A stretch of DNA of 64,000 nt from Clostridia bacterium (GCA_017468465.1 JAFUIN010000023.1:5080-69079), one strand, 5' to 3'. Counted from the first letter of the stretch, positions 55,667 through 64,000 are shown. Notes: generated from the letters alone by a model not told the origin. Numbers and translations are program-made.

Positions 55667-57067
55667 GTGAAAACAAAGCATACATACAGCTACCACAGCT
55701 TTTTCTTCCCCTTTGTATGGGATAATGCCGGTAAAATGGATTTTGTGACCTATCTGAAAAAAGTAGAAGAAAGCGGTTGGAACTGCAATGATGTAAGAAA
55801 TTTTTCAGAAATTGACTCTGATTCGGTTGCAGATTATGCAGCCGTACAATATTTTACCGATGCGGCAAAAAAATCTCTTTTCGGCTGGAATGCTGATTTT
55901 GTTCGCTGTTATCGCTCTAAAAGAACAGACCAAAACGCAAGATATATCATTGAAAAAGGAAAAAAAAGCTGGAATTTGAGACTCTTGTCCATCCAGCTGA
56001 AAATTTACAATACAGGCATTGGTATTTTATGTTTTGAAACTGCTAATGACGATGCCTGTACCTTAACGGATGTAAAAGCAATCAATGAATACGGCAGAAG
56101 AATTTTTCCGCCATATACTGCCAAAGAAGGATGCAGCCGATGCGCCGACCGATTAGGAATCTTTGTCCAAAACGCTGAATTTTGTGAGAACATTGCTACA
56201 AAAATTCCCTCTTCCAGTTTAGATTGCATTCCAAATTTCATCTGTCAATTATTACCCTCTGGGGTACCGATTCAATCAGCGATTGACGACAGAATGTATA
56301 TTTCCTGTCTGGTAAATGATGCTGCTTCGTTTTCGTTCTTAAAAGAATATCAAACCAATGAAACAGCCTCACAAAGCTTATATGAGCTTATTTTTACCGA
56401 TTTGGAAGGAACCTGCTCCTGCCCTACCCAAGATGTTAGAGAAACACAGCTAGAACGTGTGCTTTACCGTCGGTGGCTGGAACAGCTTTCAGAGGATGGT
56501 ACTGTTTGCGGAACCCTGTATGCAGTAACAAGACATTCGTTTTTTTGTATGACTGCATCCGAGGATCCCCTATTGCCGGAGCATTCGTTCCGTGCAATTT
56601 ATACCCCCATGGCAACAATGGTGTTATCACAACGGGCAACTATTTTATCGTTGGATAATATGGTGTCGCATTTATCCAATGGATTTGGGCAAAAAAACGC
56701 CAGACTGACAAGAAAACAAATCCGAACACTGCAGCAATTACAAGGAAAACACATTGGTTTCCTGAATCAGCATATGAACATTGAAGTCACCTGTCAGGAA
56801 CAAGGAATTGAGCTGTATGAAATGCTACAGCAGGAAATGAATGTCAATCGGGAAGCAGAAAGCATCTGCAATGAAATTGAGCGGCTGTCCGATGCAGCAA
56901 ACACTGCAAACGATAACTTTTTAACTATTCTGGCTACCGTTTTGGCTTCTGCCCTTGTATTTTTACAGCCGGTGGCAGAAACTGTCTTTCAATGGATTCC
57001 GCTCTATTATCTCTCAACAATCGCACTGGCTGTCGTAATCATCATTCTTGTTTTCAAAAAACGATAA
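55667..57067 (+). CDS. CorA-like membrane protein of the type III CRISPR-associated (SAM-AMP effector) family
   Basis: YSYHSFFFPFVW, YNTGIGIL.F, INEYGRRIFPPY, IDDRMY, Y.RW, LY.VT..S, IY..MA..VL.QRA, F.NQ...EVT.QEQGIELY, two C-terminal TM helices; collinear with the B. fragilis Cmr-associated CorA as recalled; GTG start with RBS GAAAGGAG. Confidence 0.78.
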   Translation: MKTKHTYSYHSFFFPFVWDNAGKMDFVTYLKKVEESGWNCNDVRNFSEIDSDSVADYAAVQYFTDAAKKSLFGWNADFVRCYRSKRTDQNARYIIEKGKKSWNLRLLSIQLKIYNTGIGILCFETANDDACTLTDVKAINEYGRRIFPPYTAKEGCSRCADRLGIFVQNAEFCENIATKIPSSSLDCIPNFICQLLPSGVPIQSAIDDRMYISCLVNDAASFSFLKEYQTNETASQSLYELIFTDLEGTCSCPTQDVRETQLERVLYRRWLEQLSEDGTVCGTLYAVTRHSFFCMTASEDPLLPEHSFRAIYTPMATMVLSQRATILSLDNMVSHLSNGFGQKNARLTRKQIRTLQQLQGKHIGFLNQHMNIEVTCQEQGIELYEMLQQEMNVNREAESICNEIERLSDAANTANDNFLTILATVLASALVFLQPVAETVFQWIPLYYLSTIALAVVIIILVFKKR

Positions 57068-57118
57068 AAAAACGAGCTATAGCAAAATGATTTTCGTTTT
57101 GCTATAGCTCATTTTTTT
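57066..57118. terminator. Bidirectional intrinsic terminator
   Basis: GAGCTATAGCAAAA...TTTTGCTATAGCTC flanked by A- and T-runs. Confidence 0.85.
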
Positions 57119-57121
57119 GGC

Positions 57122-58036
57122 TTATTCAAACAATTTCAACAGCGCTTGAATGTTTTCCTCACTGTACTCAATTTCCGAAGAATACAGGCGCGCGATTTCT
57201 ACCAGTTTGTCCATTGAAAAACCACCGGAAGAAACCATCCGAAACAGAGAAGAAACCATCCATAAGCCTAAAACAGAAAATAAAATCCGCTCACGAAAAC
57301 AGCCGTCGGATAATCCTTGTGCCAAGTGTCGATACACAAAATAACAAAGAAGCTGTTCCAAGGGAATTTCCCACTCTTTGCCCAAGGGCAACAGCTCCTC
57401 CGACAACGAAAACTCCCGAAGAAGTCGTCCCCATGTTTCATCCAGACGTTCCAGCGACAAAAATATATCTGCCCATTCCTGATTACTTTTGTCCGGGAAC
57501 GACATCTGATATTTTGACAGCAGATTTTCTACCCGTTGCTTCAAAGAAAATTCTCTTTCTTGTATCATTCTAAAGATTTCCTTGCGGAAACGAAAAAAGC
57601 ATTTTTCTTCTTCTGTCAGTAACATTTCGTCTGCTTCCGGCACAAAAAAACGTTCCTTTTGAGAGAGAATCAACTCCCCCGCCGCTTCACAGCAAAGTCC
57701 CAATCCAATTTCGGTGTAATGGGTATAAAAATTGCGAAATCTGGGATGGTCAGTACATATCTGGCAAAGAGCACTTTCCCCTTTTTCCAGAATAATATCG
57801 CATAAATTATCTTCATTCAAAAAAGGACAACGCTCCTTGTCATCCAAAATAAAATGAGGCGTATTTTCAACTGAAATATGCTCTTGTAAGCGTTCTCCAA
57901 GTGGCCCGGAAAAAGACTGATATCTTAGGTAGGTTTCTTCATCAATATCAATCTCCCACCCCACACAGCAGCTATGCTTACATCGCCCTGCAATACACTG
58001 AAATTGCTGATAATAGCCGGGTTTCAAAAGATTCAT
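57122..58036 (-). CDS. FliB-like flagellin lysine-N-methylase family (Fe-S cluster) protein
   Basis: P.YY..F.C....C.HSCC.GWEI.ID, CPFL....LC, C.IC..HPR, L.CE.A, YSSEIEYS.EN. Confidence 0.8.
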   Translation of the reverse strand: MNLLKPGYYQQFQCIAGRCKHSCCVGWEIDIDEETYLRYQSFSGPLGERLQEHISVENTPHFILDDKERCPFLNEDNLCDIILEKGESALCQICTDHPRFRNFYTHYTEIGLGLCCEAAGELILSQKERFFVPEADEMLLTEEEKCFFRFRKEIFRMIQEREFSLKQRVENLLSKYQMSFPDKSNQEWADIFLSLERLDETWGRLLREFSLSEELLPLGKEWEIPLEQLLCYFVYRHLAQGLSDGCFRERILFSVLGLWMVSSLFRMVSSGGFSMDKLVEIARLYSSEIEYSEENIQALLKLFE

Positions 58037-58057
58037 AACACTCTTCCCTTCTTCTGA

Positions 58058-58099
58058 AAAAAAGCACCTTTTCGGCGCACTCCGAACAAGGTGCTTTTA
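58058..58099 (-). terminator. Intrinsic terminator
   Basis: AAAAGCACCTT.TCGG...CCGA.CAAGGTGCTTTT stem. Confidence 0.7.
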
Positions 58100-58105
58100 A
58101 TGCAA

Positions 58106-59761
58106 TCAACGCAAAAATCCAATTCCCTCCCGAAAGGTTTTTCCGGCTAAAGCTGCCTGTTTCACAGCTTCGGAAAAACAGTTATAGGCGGGCACAAATT
58201 TCACACTGAAACGATTGGTATTCCAGCGAAAAACATAACGTAAAATGGCATCCGATTCTTCCGTATCCACAACCTCAAATAAATTCCGGAAACTTAAAAT
58301 ATTACTGTCCGGAGGCAAAATATCCTGCAATCCATCGTCCAGCAACCAGGATTTTACCACAATGGGATATTCCTTGCCAAAGAAGTTCTTAGCCTGAAAA
58401 AACGCATCTTCACAAGCTTTTTTGGATAATTTTCCGCCAAAAGGAATGTAACAGCGTAACAGAGTATCGCCCTTTTTTATGCCTTTTTCCGGAATCTCCC
58501 AAAGAGAAACTTCCAACCCGAATTGCAGTCGTCCCAAACGGAAAATTTTGCCGTCCAGAAGCTTCAGTATCCATTCCATTCTGCCAAGTGAAAGCTCATT
58601 TTTTAAGTCACTGAATATGTTGGTATAAGTAACAATATCGCTTAAGGTATCGAAAAGAATCGGTTCTCCGATTCCTTTTTCCTGATATTTTTTTTCCAAT
58701 GTTTCACACAAGAACAATGCAGAAAGGAAATTCCGCTTTCCATCCTGACATTCCACATCATAAGCATCTGCAGAAATCGTATCCGAAATGGCTGCATCTT
58801 TCAGAATCCGATAAAATTCTTCATCAAAACAGCGCGGGAACCCAAGTTTTTGATACCACTTTTCAATGATTTTCGGCACCTCCGGATTTTTCGGGCTCCA
58901 ACCGCCGGCATTATCAGGAACAGGCAGTTCATGGGTAACTGCTTCCCCTTTCCCTAAAAAACGCATAACATTATGATAATAATAATTTTCAAAAATTTTC
59001 CGGCTCACACCAAGCTCCTGCATCATTGCCTGATCAGTTTTTAACCACTGAGCTGCCCATTGCAGCTTGTAATCATAAGCAAAGCAGTCAGACCCGAACA
59101 TCACGTTATAGCCGGTGTCATAACCACCGCTAAACAGCTTGGAAAGCAAATCTTTCCGGTAGATTGCCGGAGTTCCGGGCGTAGTGTCGAAAAACATTTC
59201 TGCCGGATTTCCATGGGTTTGTGCATTCAGAAACTGACCGTATACTGCAAAGCATTCATCAATCCACGGCCAGGAGCAGTGCCCTAAAGAAAAACGAAGC
59301 CCCGGAATCTTCGACAGCACCTCCCAGTGTACCGGACGGTTATACTTGGAGGAATCGGTTCCATCCCATAAAATACCGGAATGAAAAAACACGGGAACAT
59401 TCAAATCGGCAATGGTACGAAGGATTTCCATTGTTTCTTCGGAATACACATAATAATCCTTACAAATCATCTTAAATCCGCAGATGCCTTTCTGCACGGC
59501 TGCTTGGATTTTTGAGCACAAATTTTCCTCTTTCGGATGAATCCACAAAATTGGAAAAATCCTGTCTTCGTAGCCTTTTTGCCATGCAAAAACTTCTTCC
59601 ATTCTTGCTTCAAAAGAAAGACCGATTTTGGCATTTGATTCCATAGGCTGTGAAGACATTACGCAAGCACCCCAAACACCTGCTTTTTCCATGCTATCAA
59701 TTAGTTTGTCCGGCTGTGGTTCGGTGCCCCACGCGTGTACATGCATATCGATTATTTTCAT
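58106..59761 (-). CDS. Amidohydrolase fused to a C-terminal acyltransferase (DUF5596/GNAT_C-like) region
   Basis: N-terminal IDMHVH, GFK, FFHSG, GHCSWPW, FGSD; C-terminal FRLGRLQF, IP.GGKL, SWLLD..L...LP..SNI..F. Confidence 0.75.
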   Translation of the reverse strand: MKIIDMHVHAWGTEPQPDKLIDSMEKAGVWGACVMSSQPMESNAKIGLSFEARMEEVFAWQKGYEDRIFPILWIHPKEENLCSKIQAAVQKGICGFKMICKDYYVYSEETMEILRTIADLNVPVFFHSGILWDGTDSSKYNRPVHWEVLSKIPGLRFSLGHCSWPWIDECFAVYGQFLNAQTHGNPAEMFFDTTPGTPAIYRKDLLSKLFSGGYDTGYNVMFGSDCFAYDYKLQWAAQWLKTDQAMMQELGVSRKIFENYYYHNVMRFLGKGEAVTHELPVPDNAGGWSPKNPEVPKIIEKWYQKLGFPRCFDEEFYRILKDAAISDTISADAYDVECQDGKRNFLSALFLCETLEKKYQEKGIGEPILFDTLSDIVTYTNIFSDLKNELSLGRMEWILKLLDGKIFRLGRLQFGLEVSLWEIPEKGIKKGDTLLRCYIPFGGKLSKKACEDAFFQAKNFFGKEYPIVVKSWLLDDGLQDILPPDSNILSFRNLFEVVDTEESDAILRYVFRWNTNRFSVKFVPAYNCFSEAVKQAALAGKTFREGIGFLR

Positions 59762-59800
59762 AAAAATTTCTCCATACTTTGCAGAATTTCACTATCTTTT

Positions 59801-59830
59801 ATTCTACCATATCCAATCCGTAATTGTCAA
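59801..59830 (-). promoter_or_regulatory. Sigma-A promoter for the amidohydrolase fusion
   Basis: TTGACA-18 bp-TAGAAT with TG extension. Confidence 0.6.
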
Positions 59831-59873
59831 TTATTTCAGCGAAGATATTTTCAAAATATTTTCAGAAAAAATA

Positions 59874-59902
59874 TTGCAAATCAGAAACGCTTATGCTATA
59901 AT
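59874..59902 (+). promoter_or_regulatory. Sigma-A promoter for the LMW-PTP gene
   Basis: TTGCAA-17 bp-TATAAT with TG extension. Confidence 0.7.
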
Positions 59903-59930
59903 TTAGATAGGAAAAGAAGCGGAGGAAACA

Positions 59931-60380
59931 ATGTATAACATCATGTTTGTATGCCACGGAAATATCTGCAGAAGCCCAATGGCTGAGTTTGTGCTGAAGG
60001 ACCTGGTAAAAAAACGAGGCATTTCCAACCAGTTTGTAATTGCATCATCAGCAACCAGCAGAGAAGAAATCGGAAATCCGGTTCATCAGGGCACTAAAAG
60101 AAAGCTTTTGGAGCATGGTATTTCCACTGACGGAAAATATGCAATTCAATTTACAAAAGAAGATTATCACAGCTACGATTTTATTATCGTAATGGATTCC
60201 TACAACATCAAAAATCTTAAATATATCATCGGTCAGGACATCGAAAAAAAGGTTTATAAGCTGCTGGATTTTGCAGATGGAGGCGATATTGCGGACCCGT
60301 GGTATACAGGTAATTTTGACGATACCTATCGCGATGTTGTCAGAGGCTGTGAAGGATTTTTAAGACACCTTGGGATATAA
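59931..60380 (+). CDS. Low-molecular-weight protein-tyrosine phosphatase
   Basis: FVCHGNICRSPMAE (CX5R), DIADPWYTG. Confidence 0.95.
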   Translation: MYNIMFVCHGNICRSPMAEFVLKDLVKKRGISNQFVIASSATSREEIGNPVHQGTKRKLLEHGISTDGKYAIQFTKEDYHSYDFIIVMDSYNIKNLKYIIGQDIEKKVYKLLDFADGGDIADPWYTGNFDDTYRDVVRGCEGFLRHLGI

Positions 60381-60412
60381 AAAAGTGGCTGTACGAACAC
60401 AGCCACTTTTTT
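60379..60412. terminator. Bidirectional intrinsic terminator
   Basis: AAAAAAGTGGCTGT...ACAGCCACTTTTTT. Confidence 0.85.
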
Positions 60413-60448
60413 GCTTCACGGATACGGTTTGATATCCGTTTTTATTTC

Positions 60449-61282
60449 CTATCTGCAACCACAGTTACAATTATTCTGTGCCTGGGGGGTGCTTAATGTG
60501 TTGTTGTCAAACCGGCAAGCATTGGGCGGGAAAAATTCATCCAAGGGAAAATTGATATTTTCAAATAATTCACAGGGATTATCTTCGGTAGCACCTACGC
60601 ACTCTTTTTCCGGAATGCAGAAATCATATACCGGAATTAACAGCTGAACATTTCTTTCTAATTTAATAATAGAGAATAATCCCAAAGTAACAAATACGTT
60701 TTTATCCCGTTCTTCTCCGATGATGTCATCATCAAAGCAACGGCTGATTTCTCTCGGGATACTGGAACAATCAATTTCACAACAGCAGTGATGCTGATGT
60801 TTTTCCACGACCTTCGCAGACAAAGCAATAGGCTCTACCACTTCTACAATCGCCTGCGGCATATTATTTTTCACAGAGAGCAGCAAATCCTGTTCGTCAG
60901 GACGATATTTGGATGTGAAAATTTTCGCCTTTCCTTCGGAACCAAATAAAATTACCTTTTTATCGAAGGTAGCAAGACCCTCTACAGTAACCGGTCTGCC
61001 TACACCGGTGAACACATCTAAGTATACCTTGAAGAAATATTTCAAATCAACGGTGTAAAAGCCCCGGTTGAAAGGAACTTCCTCTACGTCGGTGTAGACC
61101 CAGATGATTTCTGCTTTTCTCACTTTGATGTTAATAGAACGGTCAATAATTTCCTGACCGCAAGGAGTTACATATACTCTGGCATCAACGATACAATCCT
61201 TATCCTTACAGGCATCGTAAACCTTGTCGGTATGGATGCAAACAGCGTCTCTGATGCTCTGGTTTGCACATTCTTTCGACAT
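60449..61282 (-). CDS. Cys-rich hypothetical protein, probably spore coat/sporulation related
   Basis: CIHTDKVYDACKDKDC, FDKKVILFGSEG, LG.FSIIKLER.VQLLIP.YDFCIP.KEC, FP.DEFFPP; upstream sigma-K/E-like promoter. Confidence 0.6.
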   Translation of the reverse strand: MSKECANQSIRDAVCIHTDKVYDACKDKDCIVDARVYVTPCGQEIIDRSINIKVRKAEIIWVYTDVEEVPFNRGFYTVDLKYFFKVYLDVFTGVGRPVTVEGLATFDKKVILFGSEGKAKIFTSKYRPDEQDLLLSVKNNMPQAIVEVVEPIALSAKVVEKHQHHCCCEIDCSSIPREISRCFDDDIIGEERDKNVFVTLGLFSIIKLERNVQLLIPVYDFCIPEKECVGATEDNPCELFENINFPLDEFFPPNACRFDNNTLSTPQAQNNCNCGCR

Positions 61283-61342
61283 ATTACAGTCCTCCTATAT
61301 TTTTTTGAACCAAAAACAATGTTTTGTTTTCGGCTCACTTCC

Positions 61343-61368
61343 ATTGTATGAAACTCTCATTATTTGGT
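61343..61368 (-). promoter_or_regulatory. Sigma-K/E-like mother-cell promoter
   Basis: Minus strand AC-16 bp-CATACAAT. Confidence 0.5.
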
Positions 61369-61511
61369 TCCAAACGAAACACTTTTTCTTTCAAAAGCTA
61401 ACATTCTCCAGCGATTTTTTGTTTATTTTTTGTCTCTATCACAAGGACAACTGTTCGCTTGTTGTTAAAATCTACCACATTTTGTCCGTCGGAGGAAGAT
61501 TTTTTTGTAAG

Positions 61512-61578
61512 AAAAGCAGATTTTCGGAACAAAAAAAGCAGATTTTCGCTTTACTTATTTACAATTATAGTATATAAT
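61512..61578 (+). promoter_or_regulatory. Sigma-A promoter preceded by a 15-bp direct repeat
   Basis: AAAAGCAGATTTTCG at 61512 and 61534 (period 22), then TTTACT(61550)-17 bp-TATAAT(61573). Confidence 0.6.
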
Positions 61579-61624
61579 TGATAAGCAAAAAAAATTTTTT
61601 ATAAAAAGAAAGGAGACCCAACGT

Positions 61625-64000
61625 ATGAGACTGAAAAAACTCTTAGCGCTTGTACTGACGCTGATGATGGTAGTGTCTATGTTCACCGTTACCACCACAG
61701 TATCAGCTGCAAACACCGGCAAGATTAAAAACGTCATCTACATCATTGGTGACGGTGCAGGTTTCGAACCCTTCAAACTTGCCGACGCAGTAAAACAAGC
61801 AGGCGGTATTAACTCTGTATACCCCAATACCGTAAAACAAACTGTGAACAAATTATTTATTAAGGATTACCTGATTGGTGGTGTAACCACCAAACCCGCA
61901 GGTGCGGATGTTACTGACTCTGCTGCAGCCGGTACTGCTCTGGCAACCGGTCGCAAAGCAGGTCTGTACTCCCTTGGTGTGGATGCTTACTTAAATCCGA
62001 GAGCAAACATTCTGGAAGCTGCAGAACTTGCTGGCAAAAGAGTAGGTGTTGTATCCAAATACGAATTTGCTCATGCAACTCCGGGTGCATTCTCCGCTCA
62101 CTATTTTAACCGTGGTGTGTATCTGCCCTTGTCTGAACAGGCAATTTACCAGGGCTACGACTTGAACTTATGTCCCGGTATTGAAATTGCTGAATACGAC
62201 GCCGCAAGAGCTACCATCCAGCAGCGCGGATATTCTTTTGTAAACAACAAAACCGATTTAGCAAATGTTGCAAGCGGTGATAAAATCTGGAGTAACTTAA
62301 ACGGTTACACCCACCCCTTTGACATTGAAAAATCTGCTTCCGATGCAAGCTTACTGGATATGACCAAAGCAGCAATTACTGCATTGGACGGCAGCAGCGA
62401 AGGCTTCGCAGTTATGATCGAAGCTGCTATGATTGACACCGGCGGACACAATAATGACGCATTGGAAAATATCGGTGATTACATTGAATGGGACGAAACC
62501 TGTAAATGGGCTATCGAATATGCTCAAGGCAAAGGCGACACCATCGTTGTAATGACTGCTGACCATGATACCGGTGGTATGAACGTTGTAAATCAGTCTA
62601 CTGCAGTATCTAACATCAGAAGCGGTGTAGATCCCACCAGCACCGGTGCTGTTACCTGGGATTCTAAAGACCACACTGCAAGAAATGTTCCCCTGTGTAT
62701 TTATGCTCCCTCCGGCATCACCATGCCCTCCGGTACAGCTTCTACTCCGGGTAACCTTTCAAACTTCACCAACTATGTAGTTGATAACACTGTCATTGCT
62801 CCCTGGATTGCAGACTGCTTAGGTGTGGATTTAGATGCAGCAACTGATGAACTGTTCGTAAACGTTACCTCTCAGGGTAGCATCTCCCCCATCACCGATG
62901 AAAACGGTGCTACCAACACCAGTGCTACCTTCAAATTCAGCGGTGTTGACGTTTCTATTAAAGCAAACCAGTCTGTTGCAACCATCAACGGCGACAAAGT
63001 TGACTTAGGCGGTCAGGTTGCTGTTTGGGAACCCTACAACAACAGATTCTATGTTCCTCAGAGACTGTTAGACTACATGTCTACCGGTGATTATCCGTTA
63101 GTTCCTCTGACCTGGACCGGTAACGTAAAAGTACAGGAAGGCTTCAACGGTTACTACGGTGACTTTGCCGTTAACTCCTCTTCTTCCTTAACTTTAGCTC
63201 CCGGTGACACCGCAAGCTTCACCTGGAATGCTCCTTACACCGGCGTATACGGCATGCAGATTAAATGTGCATCCATTGGTACTCCTACCACCCTGCGTGC
63301 AACTGTTGGCGACTACTACGGTGATTACTACTTCACCACCACCGGTTGGTCCAACAACCCCGCAATGTATCAGGACCAGGCAATGTACTTCACCGCAGGT
63401 AACAATACTATTAAAGTAGAAAACGTTGGCGATGCTAACATCACCATTTCCGAATTTGACTTCGGTCGTCTGGATGCATCCGGCTTTGATTCTATGGATT
63501 ATATGGATTTCGTTAAGAAAACCAGCGACTTAGAAGAAGAAGCAAACAAACTGATCACTCAGACTGCAATTACCAAAATGGGTACTGCAGGTACCTTCTG
63601 GGGTAACGTTTCTTCTTACGAAGGCGTTACCAATGTGAACAACACTGCTATCACTATGGATGCAGACGGTTGGGCACTCTTCAATGTACCCGTTGCTACC
63701 GAAGGCTTATACTACTTAAAAGTCAAAGCTTCCGGTGGTGATACTACCTTAAGAGTACTTGCAAACGATGAATACTATGGCGATTTAGCTGTTGGTACCA
63801 CCGAACAGTACTACACTGCTGGTACCGACGGAGATTATGAAATCTTCTATCTGCCCGTTGGCAAAGCAACTGTAAAAGTAATGAATACCGGCGATGCTGC
63901 TTGCACCATTTCTGACATTCAGCTGGGTGCAACTCAGGATTTAGTTGATGCAGGATTCACTCCTACCATGGCTAATACCAAAAAACAGGCAACCTGGGTA
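61625..64000 (+). CDS. Large secreted multidomain alkaline phosphatase (runs off right edge)
   Basis: Manual translation: signal peptide MRLKKLLALVLTLMMVVSMF; KNVIYIIGDGAG, VTDSAAAGTALATG, HATPGAFSAH, MIEAAMIDTGGHNND, TADHDTGG; then further beta-rich domains; RBS AAGGAG. Missing from the ORF track, consistent with no stop before the edge. Confidence 0.9.
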   Translation, partial: MRLKKLLALVLTLMMVVSMFTVTTTVSAANTGKIKNVIYIIGDGAGFEPFKLADAVKQAGGINSVYPNTVKQTVNKLFIKDYLIGGVTTKPAGADVTDSAAAGTALATGRKAGLYSLGVDAYLNPRANILEAAELAGKRVGVVSKYEFAHATPGAFSAHYFNRGVYLPLSEQAIYQGYDLNLCPGIEIAEYDAARATIQQRGYSFVNNKTDLANVASGDKIWSNLNGYTHPFDIEKSASDASLLDMTKAAITALDGSSEGFAVMIEAAMIDTGGHNNDALENIGDYIEWDETCKWAIEYAQGKGDTIVVMTADHDTGGMNVVNQSTAVSNIRSGVDPTSTGAVTWDSKDHTARNVPLCIYAPSGITMPSGTASTPGNLSNFTNYVVDNTVIAPWIADCLGVDLDAATDELFVNVTSQGSISPITDENGATNTSATFKFSGVDVSIKANQSVATINGDKVDLGGQVAVWEPYNNRFYVPQRLLDYMSTGDYPLVPLTWTGNVKVQEGFNGYYGDFAVNSSSSLTLAPGDTASFTWNAPYTGVYGMQIKCASIGTPTTLRATVGDYYGDYYFTTTGWSNNPAMYQDQAMYFTAGNNTIKVENVGDANITISEFDFGRLDASGFDSMDYMDFVKKTSDLEEEANKLITQTAITKMGTAGTFWGNVSSYEGVTNVNNTAITMDADGWALFNVPVATEGLYYLKVKASGGDTTLRVLANDEYYGDLAVGTTEQYYTAGTDGDYEIFYLPVGKATVKVMNTGDAACTISDIQLGATQDLVDAGFTPTMANTKKQATWV

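Noticed and set aside
55667-57067. Ordinary CorA Mg2+ transporter
   Set aside because: Much longer soluble domain, no GMN signature, and motifs match the CRISPR-associated clade instead.
51012-57118. Prophage or ICE at tRNA-Arg
   Set aside because: No integrase, phage, conjugation genes or att duplication seen.
338-63932. Numerous short antisense or alternate-frame ORFs in the track
   Set aside because: They overlap well-supported genes and lack RBS and motifs; treated as shadow ORFs.

Overview
Chromosomal segment from a spore-forming Clostridia-class bacterium (spoIIP, gpr, sigma-A/E/K-like promoters). Most of it is housekeeping: ligA (partial), ECF module, truA, a divergent type IIA topoisomerase pair, ychF, tgt, rlmB, secDF, alaS, relA, recJ, coaD, uvrC, ruvCAB, argG/argH and tRNA-Arg(CCT). 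Accessory content: (1) a lone homologue of the type III CRISPR-associated, SAM-AMP-sensing CorA membrane effector (55667-57067), with no cas genes or array in the window, at the end of a co-oriented tRNA-Arg / GLUG protein / corrinoid protein run; (2) an L-fucose salvage and surface-glycan module (GT4, O-acetyltransferase, bifunctional Fkp, FucU, DUF5693-like); (3) two tandem arrays (4 x 107 bp; 5 x 102-104 bp) of one palindromic repeat family, inside the relA and ruvAB operons; (4) two large secreted repeat proteins flanking argH that share a signal-peptide end and an apparent C-terminal domain; (5) a candidate structured ncRNA upstream of uvrC; (6) a large secreted alkaline phosphatase running off the right edge, absent from the ORF track. 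All family calls come from motifs recognised by eye; no searches were run.
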